A stretch of 64,000 nt of DNA from Candidatus Sumerlaeaceae bacterium (GCA_049968255.1 JBMFRB010000002.1:352001-416000), one strand, 5' to 3'. Shown: positions 1 through 11,775, counted from the first letter of the stretch. Made by a program: numbers and translations. The notes: a model not told the origin generated them from the sequence alone.

Positions 1-1643
1 AGCCGTCGTGAACGTGTGGGCTCCTCGGCATAGAGCACAGGACACTTTTCATAAAACGCAGTGAAGCGCGTCGCAAGCTCATAAAGGTAGGTGCACAGGT
101 GATGCGGCTTGAGCTCCTTGGTCACAGAGTCGATGGCTTCGCCAAAACGTAGAAGATGCTTTCCCAGACGCAATTCCTCTGGCTGCTCGAAATCTAGTTG
201 TCCTGCGGGCGGTTCCTCTACGTTTCCTCTTCGGAAAATCGAGCGAATGCGAGCGTAAGCATATTGCATATAGGGCGCAGTATTGCCATCAAGCGCCAAC
301 ATTTTGTCCCAAGAGAAGACATAATCACTGATCCTGTCCTTGCTCAGGTCAGCATATTTGATTCCGCCGATCCCAACGGCCTTCGCAATTTGGCGCCGTT
401 GGCCTTCGGAGAGGGCAGGATTTTTCTCTGTCACGAGTGCAAAAGCTCGCTCTTCGGCCTCGTCGAGAAGGTCCTTCAACTTTACGGTGTCGCCACTGCG
501 GGTTTTAAATGGTTTTCCATCTTCGCCAAGCATTGTGCCGAAAGGTGCAAATTCAAGGGCCACTCCTTTAGCCCAGCCTGCACGCTGAGCGACTTCGAAA
601 ACCTGTGCGAAGTGCTGCGCCTGGCGGGCATCGTGGGTGTAGATAATTCGTGTGGCCCGCAGGACTTCGATTCGATATCGAATCGCGGCCAGGTCGGTTG
701 TGGCGTAGAGATAACCACCATCGGATTTTTGGATGATAAGAGGGTTGTCGTAACCGGCCGTGAAGACGACAATGGCGCCGTCACTTTCCACAGCAAGCCC
801 TGCTTTCCTTAGATCATCGACGACCCGCGGCAGCATGTCGTTATAGAAACTTTCGCCACGCTCGTCCTCCACGGTTAGCTTGACTCCAAGTCTTTCGTAG
901 ATGGGGAGATAATGCCGGCGTGTTTCCTCAATGATCCGCTGCCAGAGAGACCGCTCGCGTTCTCCCCCACTTTGAAGCCTGACCACCGTCTGGCGAGCAC
1001 GTTCTTGAAATTCGGGATCTGAGTCAAAGCGGGCCTTGGCAGCCCGATAAAACTCCTCGAGATCTTCGATGTGAGAATCTGCCGGCAGATTGCTCTCGTC
1101 GAGATAGGCAATGAGCATCCCGAACTGTGTTCCCCAATCCCCCACGTGATTCTGCCTAATTACCGTATGCCCCAAGAATTCGATAACCCTGCTAATCGCG
1201 TCGCCGATGATTGTACTGCGGAGATGCCCCACATGCATTTGTTTCGCGACATTTGGCCCGGAGTAATCTACCACCACACGTTCAGGCTTGTCCGTCGCAG
1301 GGATTGAAAGACGTTCGTCGGCGAACATGCGTTCTAAACGCTCGGCAACGAAGCGCGGCAACAGGGTAACATTAATAAATCCAGGCCCTGCAATTGTGAC
1401 TTCTTCGGCTAAATCACCAAGGGATAGGTTATCGACAATGCGCTGGGCGATCTCCCGCGGATTAGCTTTGCCCCCTGTCTCATGAGCCAAGTCTTTTGCA
1501 AATCCCATGGCCACATTTGCCTGATAGTCCCCAAACCGCTCATGCGTTGCAGGGGTCAGTTGGGGAGGAATATCCCTATGAAAAGTTTTCTGAATTGCAG
1601 TGCGAAAACGTTCCTCAAGCTCATGAATGACCAGATTGCTCAC
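1..1643 (-). CDS. argS: Arginine--tRNA ligase (3' end outside window)
   Basis: Not in the ORF track (no stop codon in window); translated by hand. GTG at 1643 after AAGGAG. N-terminal FGDYQANVAM...AGPGFINV, HIGH-type VDYSGPNVAKQMHVGHLRSTIIGD, GNTAPYMQYAYARI and DALR-region YLYELATRF. Confidence 0.95.
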   Translation of the reverse strand, partial: MSNLVIHELEERFRTAIQKTFHRDIPPQLTPATHERFGDYQANVAMGFAKDLAHETGGKANPREIAQRIVDNLSLGDLAEEVTIAGPGFINVTLLPRFVAERLERMFADERLSIPATDKPERVVVDYSGPNVAKQMHVGHLRSTIIGDAISRVIEFLGHTVIRQNHVGDWGTQFGMLIAYLDESNLPADSHIEDLEEFYRAAKARFDSDPEFQERARQTVVRLQSGGERERSLWQRIIEETRRHYLPIYERLGVKLTVEDERGESFYNDMLPRVVDDLRKAGLAVESDGAIVVFTAGYDNPLIIQKSDGGYLYATTDLAAIRYRIEVLRATRIIYTHDARQAQHFAQVFEVAQRAGWAKGVALEFAPFGTMLGEDGKPFKTRSGDTVKLKDLLDEAEERAFALVTEKNPALSEGQRRQIAKAVGIGGIKYADLSKDRISDYVFSWDKMLALDGNTAPYMQYAYARIRSIFRRGNVEEPPAGQLDFEQPEELRLGKHLLRFGEAIDSVTKELKPHHLCTYLYELATRFTAFYEKCPVLYAEEPTRSRR

Positions 1644-1670
1644 GGAGCTTACTCCTTACACGCTGAACTT

Positions 1671-3913
1671 TTAGTGCATGGCGATTTGATCGGATTGATC
1701 GGTAAATATCGAACGTGTAGATTCGTAGGCCGCGCGTAGGGATGAGGTGGGAAGCGTCAACCTCGCGAAGGGGCAACTTATCGCCACCACCCCCCTGTCT
1801 GTGGTCGTCCCCAACGCTCTTACGGGCAACCCGTGCTGCTCGGCGAGTTTCTGCAGTTTTCCAAAATCCTCATGAGCGACACTCACGATGACCCGCGGAG
1901 CAAATTCCCCGAACAACTCGGCGAAAAGTTCCATCCTACCGGGAACATTCAGCGAGACATCAAGCCCGAGATTGTCATCATCTGACCACAATAGCGCTTC
2001 CGTAAGCGTTGTGATCAAGCCCCCAACGGAACAATCATGAGCCGATGCGGCGACAACTTGCCGGGCAAGCTCGACTAAAAACTCAATGACGCGCTTTTCC
2101 AACTGGAGATCGCAGGGCGGACAAGGCCCCCATGCCAACCCCGTCTGCCATCGCAGAAATTCCGATGCACCTAAGTGGTCACATCGGGGCCCCACAAGGA
2201 CAACGATCCTGCCAGGAGAAGCAAAATGCCCTTTCATGGGGTGGGCTGGCGGCGTGATGCGCCCCACCATGCCAATGATGGGCGTAGGCCAAATCGCGTT
2301 TTCCGGGGTTTCATTGTAGAGCGAAACATTTCCGCCCGTCACAGGGGTTCCTAACGCTCGACAGGCATCGCCTATCCCCCGCACTGCTTCTGCCAGTTGG
2401 TAGAAAATTTCCTCTTTCAATGGGCTGCCAAAGTTGAGGCAATTTGTTATAGCCAATGGCTCAGCACCGGCGCAGGCCACGTTACGAGCTGCTTCTGCCA
2501 CGGCATGCTTGCCCCCTTCGTAGGGATCCACATAGCAGAATAGAGAGTTCCCGTCCGTGCTCACCGCCAGTGCAGTTTCGGAATCATGGACTTTGAGAAC
2601 TGCTGCGTTGTTTCCAGGCCCAGTCAGCGTCTGGGTTTGGACCATGTAATCATATTGTTCAAATATCCAGCGCTTGGAGCACACGTTCGGAGAAGAGAGA
2701 AAAACCAGAATCAGTTCCTCCAACGCGTCAAGGGGGGGTAGCTCTACAGTGCGCGAGTCCGGGAGCAATTCAAGATAGGCGGGACGTCTTCCATGGCGGC
2801 AATAAACCGGCGAGTCCTCGGAAATCTTTGCCGCCGGAATCTGTGCCACCACCTCGCCTTTATGGATGACGCGCATTATGCCGGAGTCATCGAGTTGGCC
2901 CAGCACATGGGGTTTGAGGTCCCATTTGGCCAAAATGCGTTCGACGAGCGGCAGTTGCTCAGGAGTGCAAACACCCAGCATCCGCTCCTGAGATTCGCTC
3001 AACATGATTTCATAGGCGGACATATGTTCAGCGCGCTGTGGCACTTTGTCGAGGTCAATGCACACTCCCATCCCGCCACGTCCGGCCATCTCCGCAGTGC
3101 TACAGGTTAGACCGGCGGCGCCCATGTCCTGCAAAGCCAACACAGCCCCTCTAGCAATTAATTCCAGCGTTGCCTCGAGTATTTTCTTTTCCATGAACGG
3201 GTCGCCCACCTGCACGGCGCCCCGTTTCTCTTCGCTCTCTTCGGTCAGTTCGGTGCTGGCAAATGTAGCTCCGTGGATTCCGTCGCGGCCAGTCGCGTTT
3301 CCATAATAAAAGACCAAATTGCCACTCCCGTGAGCAACAGCTCGGACGATCTTCTCCTTTTCCACCAAGCCGACGCACATAACGTTTACGAGAGGATTGC
3401 CATCGTAACACGGCGCAAAGTAACACTCCCCACCGACAGTAGGAACGCCCACGGAGTTCCCGTAGTCGGCGATGCCGGCAACCACGCCAGCGATCAGGTG
3501 GCGTGTGCGACTATTGTTTGGGTCCCCGAACCGCAGGGGATCAAGCAACGCGATGGGCCGAGCTCCCATGGTGAAAATGTCGCGAAGAATCCCGCCGACG
3601 CCTGTTGCTGCCCCTTGATACGGTTCAATTGCCGATGGGTGATTGTGCGATTCGATTTTAAACGCGATGGCAAACCGCTCGTCGAAATCAACGACGCCCG
3701 CATTTTCCCCAGGTCCCTGCAAAATATGTGGGCCGGAGGTGGGGAATGTCTTGAGGAGTGGTTTTGAATTTTTGTAGGAGCAGTGCTCGCTCCACATGAC
3801 AGAAAAAATCCCTAGTTCGGTCAGCGTGGGTTCGCGCCCAAGAATCTCGAGAATTTTTTGATATTCTTGTGGACTCAGTCCGTGTTCTTCAACGAGTTCA
3901 GGGGTGATGCGCA

Positions 3914-3914
<1 letters not shown>
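1671..3914 (-). CDS. purL: Phosphoribosylformylglycinamidine synthase subunit PurL (small type)
   Basis: [51 protein letters not shown] at 3914 overlaps the glnB stop (TGATG). Confidence 0.97.
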
Positions 3915-5324
<1,410 letters not shown>

Positions 5325-5442
5325 CTGTGCGCGGTTGACTTGACACGCGTAGGCGCGCCGAGCAACGGTAGCGCTGATCCTGCAAAATTGAACCGAAATA
5401 GTTTTTCCAAAAGATACGGGAACCGTGAGGAAATTTTACGAG

Positions 5443-8400
5443 ATGAGAAAGCTTTGGGCAGTCGTTGGTATCGTTGTATTTTTGCCGGCTTGTCAGGAAT
5501 CACCGAAGGAAAATGCTAAGGTGGCCATTTCGTCGCCCACTCCTCCTCAATTCAAGGCAACGACCCCGACGGTTCCAAACGAAGAAAAAAGCACAGCGCC
5601 AGTGGTGCGGCTAGATATTGAAGAACCGATGATGCCGCTTCGGGGAACCATCAAAGCGTACGAGATTCGAGACGTTTCTCAGTTCAGTCCTGGCCTTCTG
5701 GCCGACGGATTCCTGGGAGATCTTGTTCTTGAGAACGACCTGGTGCGGTTCGTTGTGCGGCGTCCGGATCCTTCGTTGCCGGAGATGCCCCCCGCAGGGG
5801 CGATCATTGATGTAGCGAACCAGAAATCGCACGCCGACTATTTCAATTACTGCGAGCCGATTCCAGACGTCGAGACGACAACAACCAAAATTAAGATTGA
5901 GCGCGTCGCTTCATTCCTTGTGGATAAACAGACTACTTCGCGCCTTGTTTTGACGGGACGTCTTATCGAAACGCTCGCCCCCCCGCCCAGTGAAAACGAG
6001 AGTCAGACCTCACCACCGGTAACAAAAAACCTCCCCGTTCGTGTGGTGATGACTTACGAGCTGGCGAAGGACACTCCGTATCTGATCGTCAAAACAACCT
6101 TCACAAATGAAAGCACAGGGCCGATCTCACTGTCACCAGGCGATTTTATTGATTGGGGCGAAGCCCAGTCCTTCGTCGAAGGGCTTGGTGTCGGCGTCGG
6201 CGTTGTCACGAAGTCAAACTGGGTCGGGGCAACGATTGACAATTTTTCTATGGGCGTGTGCCTGCCGGGGCCAAAGCCAGTAACCAACTATGCGTCCGGC
6301 CGATACACGGTCGTTCAAGCCCTTGAAACTGAGGCGCGCAAGCCCCTCGCCTTACCGACACATACACCGTCACCAACGCCTTCGCTTACTAAGACAGTTC
6401 AAAGTTTTGCCCCGGGCGGCTTTACGCCCATAGGCGTTGCCAACCAGCCTGAGCAGCCACGTGCAACGCCTACGTTGGCGCCGCCGCGAACAGAAACCAC
6501 ATACGCTCCTCAAGCAAAACCGACCATGGCCCCAATCCGTCCTCCGCGCGCTGAAACAATATATGGGCCCCACGCCAATGTTGGTGATGCGACTAGACGT
6601 TCGCAGGCCACAATTCTGCCCGCTCAACAGGCATCGGATCTCCATGGAGAATCTCTCGGTGGTGGAGGAGGCAAAAACGAGGAAACGACGGGAGTGACCG
6701 GACCACTCAAAGGGCCTTCCGCTGAAAGTAAACTGGCGCGAACGGATCGAGTGGTGCTCGCGCCTAGGAAAAGCTATGAGTATACACGCTACTATGTCGT
6801 TGGCGATCGCAATCTTTCGCGGGTCAGCGAGCAGGTTTATCGCCTGAAAAACATTCCGCTCGGTGTCGTTGCTGGACTAGTAGTCGAAGAAGGAACCAAT
6901 CGGCCTATCGCGCAAGCTGAGGTGCGTGTCTCCGGGGGGGCAGCTTGGAACGGGAAGGGAGCTCCTTACGCATTTACAAAAACTTTGACCAGAGCCGACG
7001 GGACTTTTGTCGTCCGCCTTCCTTATGGCAACTATGTCCTGACTGCGGCAAAAGTTGGGCGCCAGCTTGTCATCTCACCGCAGAAGGTCTCGCTTTACCG
7101 CAAAAGCGCTGAACAATATGTTGGAATCATCTTGTCCAAAGAAGCTCGAATTGAGGTGGCGGTAAGTGACCCAGATGCACCCACTTCTGCCCCTCTCCCC
7201 TGCCGGTTGACACTCGTGGCTAAACCTGGGACAGAGCCTATTGATTGGGGCTACGGGTCGGGCAGCGTGGCAGCGGTACGCAATGTGGCATATATGCCTT
7301 ATGGCGGCGCGACGCTTCCCGTCACTCCTGGTTACTATCGGCTTCTGATTAGTCGCGGACCCGAGTACGACGCCCTCGAACAGGATCTCGTGGTAACCAA
7401 GGGCTCGACGCAAAAAATTATTGTGACCCTCCCGCGCGCATTCCGTACGCCGGGAATGGTCAGCGCCGATGTGGGGGTCATGACAACAGCGAGTGCCATC
7501 GCTCTAACGACACCTGAGGATCTTGCCGTTATGGCCGCCTGCGAAGGCGTGTCAGTTCTCGTGAGCGGTGACTTCGAGAAAGCCACAGATCTTACCCAGG
7601 CCATAAAATCATTGCAGCTCCAAAAGTATGTGAAAGCTATCCCTGGGATGCGCTTCCTCGTAAGTGGCCGGGGAGCCACGGCAAACGTCCTCGTTTATCC
7701 GGTGACAGCAGAGACGGAGGCAAAGTTGAGAGATTTCCGGGCGAAAAGCAAAAATGTCGCCCCCGATGTTTTTCTTGCGGATCTCCGGCGACAATTTAGC
7801 GACCTTGTGATTCAGATCGATCAGCCACTTCATCCCTTGGCAGGCTACCTAGCACGAATCCCGTTCAACGAGCGCTTCAAGCGTTACGAGGATTCAGATG
7901 TTCCTCCGCCCGATTTTCATGCACTTCAGGTTTTAAATGGCAAACTCGTCAACGAGTTCCAGGACGTCATGGATCGCTACTTCGATCTGGCTGTGAAGCG
8001 AACGCGCTGGCCCGAGGCATCTCCTGCACTCACGCCCCTAGGTTCTTCCATGTGCCGTCTTCCCTATGGCACAGAAGTTGGCTACCCCCGCGTGTATGCA
8101 ATTACGATCCACGACACCTTGGACACCTTCGGCTCGACTGATCTGGCCCAATCTATTATGAACCAGCGGGTGATCGTGACAAATAGCCTCATGCCGAAAT
8201 TACTGGGTTATTCGCCAGCTGCACGCACTTATGCAGCCCAACCAGGCGACGTGGTGGATACTGGAACAACCGGTGCTCTCCCAATGAAAATCAACATCAT
8301 GGCGGCGTCGTGGGTTTCGCTGAGCAACTTTGATCTCACATGGAACGGGAAATTGGTCCGCCGCATCCAGGTAATGCCCGTGAAAAGGGTTTTGCGTTAT

Positions 8401-8637
8401 CCTGTTCGTCAACAAGCCGACGCGGATATGCAGTACGTCTATGTCGATGGCGACGGTTTCTCGAATCTGATTTGCTTTAGCAACCGCAAATCACTTTCCC
8501 CCATCGTTCCCGCCTCATTGCCAGATTTCGGCGGCGACGTTTGGCCGCTCGCTTGGACCGGGCCAATTTTCGTAGATCAGAACCGCGACGGGAAAATCAG
8601 AATTGAGTCGCAGCAGGATCAGAAAACGAAGCCATAG
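5443..8637 (+). CDS. Large lipoprotein: N-terminal beta domain, Pro/Thr-rich insertion, carboxypeptidase-regulatory-like repeats, degenerate PHP-like (CehA/McbA-type) C-terminal domain
   Basis: MRKLWAVVGIVVFLPAC lipobox; GDLVLEND, TRADGTF...LPYGNY, PGYYRLLISRGPEY, SAD..., LQVLNG and GYPRVY follow that architecture. Confidence 0.7.
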   Translation: MRKLWAVVGIVVFLPACQESPKENAKVAISSPTPPQFKATTPTVPNEEKSTAPVVRLDIEEPMMPLRGTIKAYEIRDVSQFSPGLLADGFLGDLVLENDLVRFVVRRPDPSLPEMPPAGAIIDVANQKSHADYFNYCEPIPDVETTTTKIKIERVASFLVDKQTTSRLVLTGRLIETLAPPPSENESQTSPPVTKNLPVRVVMTYELAKDTPYLIVKTTFTNESTGPISLSPGDFIDWGEAQSFVEGLGVGVGVVTKSNWVGATIDNFSMGVCLPGPKPVTNYASGRYTVVQALETEARKPLALPTHTPSPTPSLTKTVQSFAPGGFTPIGVANQPEQPRATPTLAPPRTETTYAPQAKPTMAPIRPPRAETIYGPHANVGDATRRSQATILPAQQASDLHGESLGGGGGKNEETTGVTGPLKGPSAESKLARTDRVVLAPRKSYEYTRYYVVGDRNLSRVSEQVYRLKNIPLGVVAGLVVEEGTNRPIAQAEVRVSGGAAWNGKGAPYAFTKTLTRADGTFVVRLPYGNYVLTAAKVGRQLVISPQKVSLYRKSAEQYVGIILSKEARIEVAVSDPDAPTSAPLPCRLTLVAKPGTEPIDWGYGSGSVAAVRNVAYMPYGGATLPVTPGYYRLLISRGPEYDALEQDLVVTKGSTQKIIVTLPRAFRTPGMVSADVGVMTTASAIALTTPEDLAVMAACEGVSVLVSGDFEKATDLTQAIKSLQLQKYVKAIPGMRFLVSGRGATANVLVYPVTAETEAKLRDFRAKSKNVAPDVFLADLRRQFSDLVIQIDQPLHPLAGYLARIPFNERFKRYEDSDVPPPDFHALQVLNGKLVNEFQDVMDRYFDLAVKRTRWPEASPALTPLGSSMCRLPYGTEVGYPRVYAITIHDTLDTFGSTDLAQSIMNQRVIVTNSLMPKLLGYSPAARTYAAQPGDVVDTGTTGALPMKINIMAASWVSLSNFDLTWNGKLVRRIQVMPVKRVLRYPVRQQADADMQYVYVDGDGFSNLICFSNRKSLSPIVPASLPDFGGDVWPLAWTGPIFVDQNRDGKIRIESQQDQKTKP

Positions 8638-8666
8638 ATTCAGCGATTCTTGCCGCGAACCAAGAT

Positions 8667-8720
8667 GAAGAAAGCTCCGTTTTCGCAAGTTGCGGAAGCG
8701 GAGCTTCTTCGGTTCCTTTT
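8667..8720 (+). terminator. Hairpin terminator between convergent genes
   Basis: 16-bp stem AAGCTCCGTTTTCGCA / TGCGGAAGCGGAGCTT (G.U pairs work on the + strand), with CTTTT downstream. Confidence 0.6.
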
Positions 8721-8747
8721 CGTTTCCTTGGCGCTTGAGCTTCAGGT

Positions 8748-9794
8748 TTACTTTGAGGTGAACAGATCAGGAATTGTTTTTGCATAAGGGGGATGGACAA
8801 TTCCCTTCTCAGTGATGATTGCCGTGATGAGCTCATGTGGCGTTACATCGAAGGCGGGATTGTAAACGTTGATTCCCTCTGGCGCAATTCGGCGACCTGC
8901 AATCGTGGTCACCTCCTCTGCCGGGCGCTGCTCGATTGGGATTTGGTCTCCACTTGCTAATGAAATATCAATTGAGGACAGCGGGGCAACAACATAAAAA
9001 GGGATCCCATGCTGTTTGGCCAAGACGGCAAGTCCATAAGTTCCGATTTTATTGGCGACGTCCCCGTTGCGTACAGTTCTGTCAGTCCCGACAAACACTG
9101 CATTCACCCACGCTCGCCGCATGATATCAGCAGCCATGTTGTCGCAGATCAGAGTGACGGGAATACCGGCTTCGCGCAGTTCCCAGGCGGTGAGGCGAGC
9201 TCCCTGAAGAAGGGGGCGTGTTTCGTCGGCAAACACCTCAATGGTTTTTCCCTCGCGTTCGACCGCATAGTAGACAGCGGCCAGAGCGGTCCCATACTGA
9301 GCTGTTGCTAACCCTCCCGCATTACAGTGTGTCAGGACGCGGTCCCCAGAACTCAGAAGAGAAGCTCCATATCGTCCCAGTGCCAAGCAAACTTCATTGT
9401 CTTCTTCGATCATTTTCTCGGCAAGTGCTAGCATCTCACGTTTGAATTCATTTGGGGGCAGCGAGCAAGATTTCCGCGCATGCGTTTTCACACGTTCTAG
9501 CGCCCAGAAAAGGTTCACCGCTGTTGGTCGTGCAGTGCCGAGATAACCACACGCCCTTTCGACGCTTGAAACCAATTCTTTGCTTGTAGCGGATTGTTGG
9601 TCGCGAATCGCCACCCACACGCCGAGCGCTGCAGCAATTCCAATAGCGGGAGCCCCTCGTACCCGCAATGTTCGAATGGCGCTCCACATCTGCTCGACAG
9701 AGAGAATCTCTTCCACCGCATATTCCAAAGGCAGTTTTGTCTGATCGATGATAAAAACTCGACCGTTTTCGACCCAAAGCGTTGGTTTAGGCAT
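8748..9794 (-). CDS. mtnA: S-methyl-5-thioribose-1-phosphate isomerase
   Basis: IDQTKLP, VRGAPAIG, ARPTAVNL, LTHCNAG, ETRPLLQGARLTAWEL, NKIGTY, NPAFDVTP. Confidence 0.96.
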   Translation of the reverse strand: MPKPTLWVENGRVFIIDQTKLPLEYAVEEILSVEQMWSAIRTLRVRGAPAIGIAAALGVWVAIRDQQSATSKELVSSVERACGYLGTARPTAVNLFWALERVKTHARKSCSLPPNEFKREMLALAEKMIEEDNEVCLALGRYGASLLSSGDRVLTHCNAGGLATAQYGTALAAVYYAVEREGKTIEVFADETRPLLQGARLTAWELREAGIPVTLICDNMAADIMRRAWVNAVFVGTDRTVRNGDVANKIGTYGLAVLAKQHGIPFYVVAPLSSIDISLASGDQIPIEQRPAEEVTTIAGRRIAPEGINVYNPAFDVTPHELITAIITEKGIVHPPYAKTIPDLFTSK

Positions 9795-10087
9795 TGCTCA
9801 TCTCTTCGTGAGAATTGAGTTTTATTGCTCGAAAACTGATGATGGGGTGGGCGGTGCCATGCAATTCAAAAACACCCGTGTTGCAACGTTTCGAAAATGG
9901 ACTTCGGTTGTGTTTCGCCCGATCAATGGTCAAGGATATCCCCCTTCGAGAAGGGGCATGCGAGACAATCAAAACCCCTTCGCGTGCAATCGGAGCAGCA
10001 CCGAGTGTTGGCAGTTCCGCGCCAGGGAAATCAAAGTTTACCGATGAATGACCTGTTGGAGAAAATGTATAAGCACAGCGATAAAAA

Positions 10088-10163
10088 GCCCACGTAGCTC
10101 AGTCGGTAGAGCACGCCCTTGGTAAGGGCGAGGTCACCAGTTCAATCCTGGTCGTGGGCTCCA
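10088..10163 (+). tRNA. tRNA-Thr(GGT)
   Basis: 76-nt cloverleaf: acceptor GCCCACG/CGTGGGC, anticodon arm CGCCC-TTGGTAA-GGGCG, T-arm ACCAG-TTCAATC-CTGGT, encoded CCA. Confidence 0.97.
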
Positions 10164-10188
10164 CCTATTTATATTTTGTGAGGCACCC

Positions 10189-10746
10189 ATGCAAGCGAAT
10201 GATATCCGCCGCGGGCACATTATCCTTTATAAAGGAGAACCTCATCTGGTGTTGGATTTTCAGCACCGTACGCCGGGCAATCTCCGAGCGTTTGTGCAGT
10301 GTAGGTTGCGCAATCTCAAAAGTGGTAACTCGTATGAGGTCCGCTTTAGCTCGACAGAAGATGTGGAACGCGCCGTGTTGGATCACCAGGACATGGAGTT
10401 CCTTTACAAAGATGAGAATCTGTACCACTTCATGAATACGGAAACGTATGAGCAGATCGCACTGAATGAAGAAGCGCTAGGCGACGCGGCCAAGTACATG
10501 ACTGAGGGGATTCGGGTACAAATCAGTTTCTTTGAAGGAACACCGATTGCAGTTGAGCTCTCCCCGACGATCGAGCTTGAAGTCGTTGAAACCGAGCCGG
10601 AAGTAAAAGGAGCCACAGCAAGTAATTCCCCGAAGCCCGCAAAGCTTTCCAACGGGGTCACAGTCATGGTGCCCCCTTTCATTAAAGTCGGGGACAAGAT
10701 TCGAATCAACCCGAACGAAGACAAGTATCTGGAGCGCGTGAAGTAA
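10189..10746 (+). CDS. efp: Elongation factor P
   Basis: 185 aa; HRTPGNLRAFV loop, FMNTETYEQ, KPAKLSNG, VPPFIKVGDKI, YLER. Confidence 0.95.
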   Translation: MQANDIRRGHIILYKGEPHLVLDFQHRTPGNLRAFVQCRLRNLKSGNSYEVRFSSTEDVERAVLDHQDMEFLYKDENLYHFMNTETYEQIALNEEALGDAAKYMTEGIRVQISFFEGTPIAVELSPTIELEVVETEPEVKGATASNSPKPAKLSNGVTVMVPPFIKVGDKIRINPNEDKYLERVK

Positions 10747-10779
10747 ATCTCTCCCATTCTGGCACGCAGACAGAGAATC

Positions 10780-10821
10780 AAGGCGAGTTGGACGCCCGTT
10801 TGGTCGCTCAGCTCGCCTTTT
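10780..10821 (+). terminator. Possible terminator after efp
   Basis: AAGGCGAGTTG pairs with CAGCTCGCCTT, followed by a short T run; long loop; overlaps the purQ stop. Confidence 0.35.
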
Positions 10822-11506
10822 GCATTGCTAAAAAGGCTGCAATTGAACGGAAAAGACTTGCGCCGTCAGCACCACCCAATTCTTCCTGGACGGCTCGTTC
10901 GGGATGTGGCATCATACCCAGAACATTGCCGTCCTCGTTGACGATTCCTGCAATGTTTGAGATAGATCCATTGGGATTTGCTGCCTCGTTCGTATTGCCA
11001 AGACGATCACAATAGCGGAAAACTATCTGACGATTTTCCTCGAGACGCGTAAGCCCCTCTTCATCAATAAAGTAGTTTCCCATTCCATGCGCTATAGGAA
11101 GATGGATGATTTTCGGAAGAGTGTTTGTGAAAGGTAGGTCCTGGCGTTCCGTTCGTAGATAGACCCATTTGCAAACGAATTTTAGGCATTTGTTTGGCAG
11201 CATGGCGCCGGGGAGAAGCCCCGCTTCGAGCAGAATTTGGAAACCATTGCATATTCCTACGACAAGTCCGCCGCTCATGGCGTACTCAATAACGCTCTTC
11301 ATGACAGGCGAAAAGCGCGCAATCGCCCCAGCCCGCAGATAATCGCCGTAGGAGAAACCGCCGGGAAGGATAACGAGGTCGGTGTTCGGAGGAATTCGAT
11401 CTTTATGCCACACCAAGGTAGGCTTTATGTTCAGAACGTGCGAAACAGCGCGGACAGTGTCCATCTCACAGTTTGACCCAGGAAACTGCACGACAGCGAT
11501 TTTCAT
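10808..11506 (-). CDS. purQ: FGAM synthase glutaminase subunit PurQ
   Basis: FPGSNC, PGGFSYGDYLRAG, GICNGFQIL, MMPHPER. Confidence 0.97.
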   Translation of the reverse strand: MKIAVVQFPGSNCEMDTVRAVSHVLNIKPTLVWHKDRIPPNTDLVILPGGFSYGDYLRAGAIARFSPVMKSVIEYAMSGGLVVGICNGFQILLEAGLLPGAMLPNKCLKFVCKWVYLRTERQDLPFTNTLPKIIHLPIAHGMGNYFIDEEGLTRLEENRQIVFRYCDRLGNTNEAANPNGSISNIAGIVNEDGNVLGMMPHPERAVQEELGGADGASLFRSIAAFLAMQKAS

Positions 11507-11775
11507 TTCCGGTGAGTCTCCCTACTGCCCAAGGGGGCCAAAGCGATCTCATACGTTTCGATGACTGGGTTTGCGAGAAGCTTTTCGCACAGCTCAGACA
11601 ATTTCGATCGCGCAGTCCCATCATCTGGGGCTTCAAGCACGACCTCAAAATAACGGCCAGTTCGGATGCTCTTCGCTTCTTGCAAGCCTAAATGCTGAGC
11701 AGCCTCAAGAATTGCTTGCCCTTGCGGGTCCATGACATCGGATTTCAGCCTTACCACAATGTGCGCTCGGTACAT
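11503..11775 (-). CDS. purS: FGAM synthase subunit PurS
   Basis: DPQGQAI, LCEKLLANPVIE; lies between purC and purQ. Confidence 0.95.
   Translation of the reverse strand: MYRAHIVVRLKSDVMDPQGQAILEAAQHLGLQEAKSIRTGRYFEVVLEAPDDGTARSKLSELCEKLLANPVIETYEIALAPLGSRETHRK

Noticed and set aside
16-24. GTGGGCTCC, matching the tRNA-Thr 3' end, as a possible att site
   Set aside because: Only 9 bp, inside argS, no integrase; expected by chance.
198-812. 204-aa + strand ORF and neighbouring short ORFs up to 1739
   Set aside because: Antisense shadows of argS, which the track missed because its stop is outside the window.
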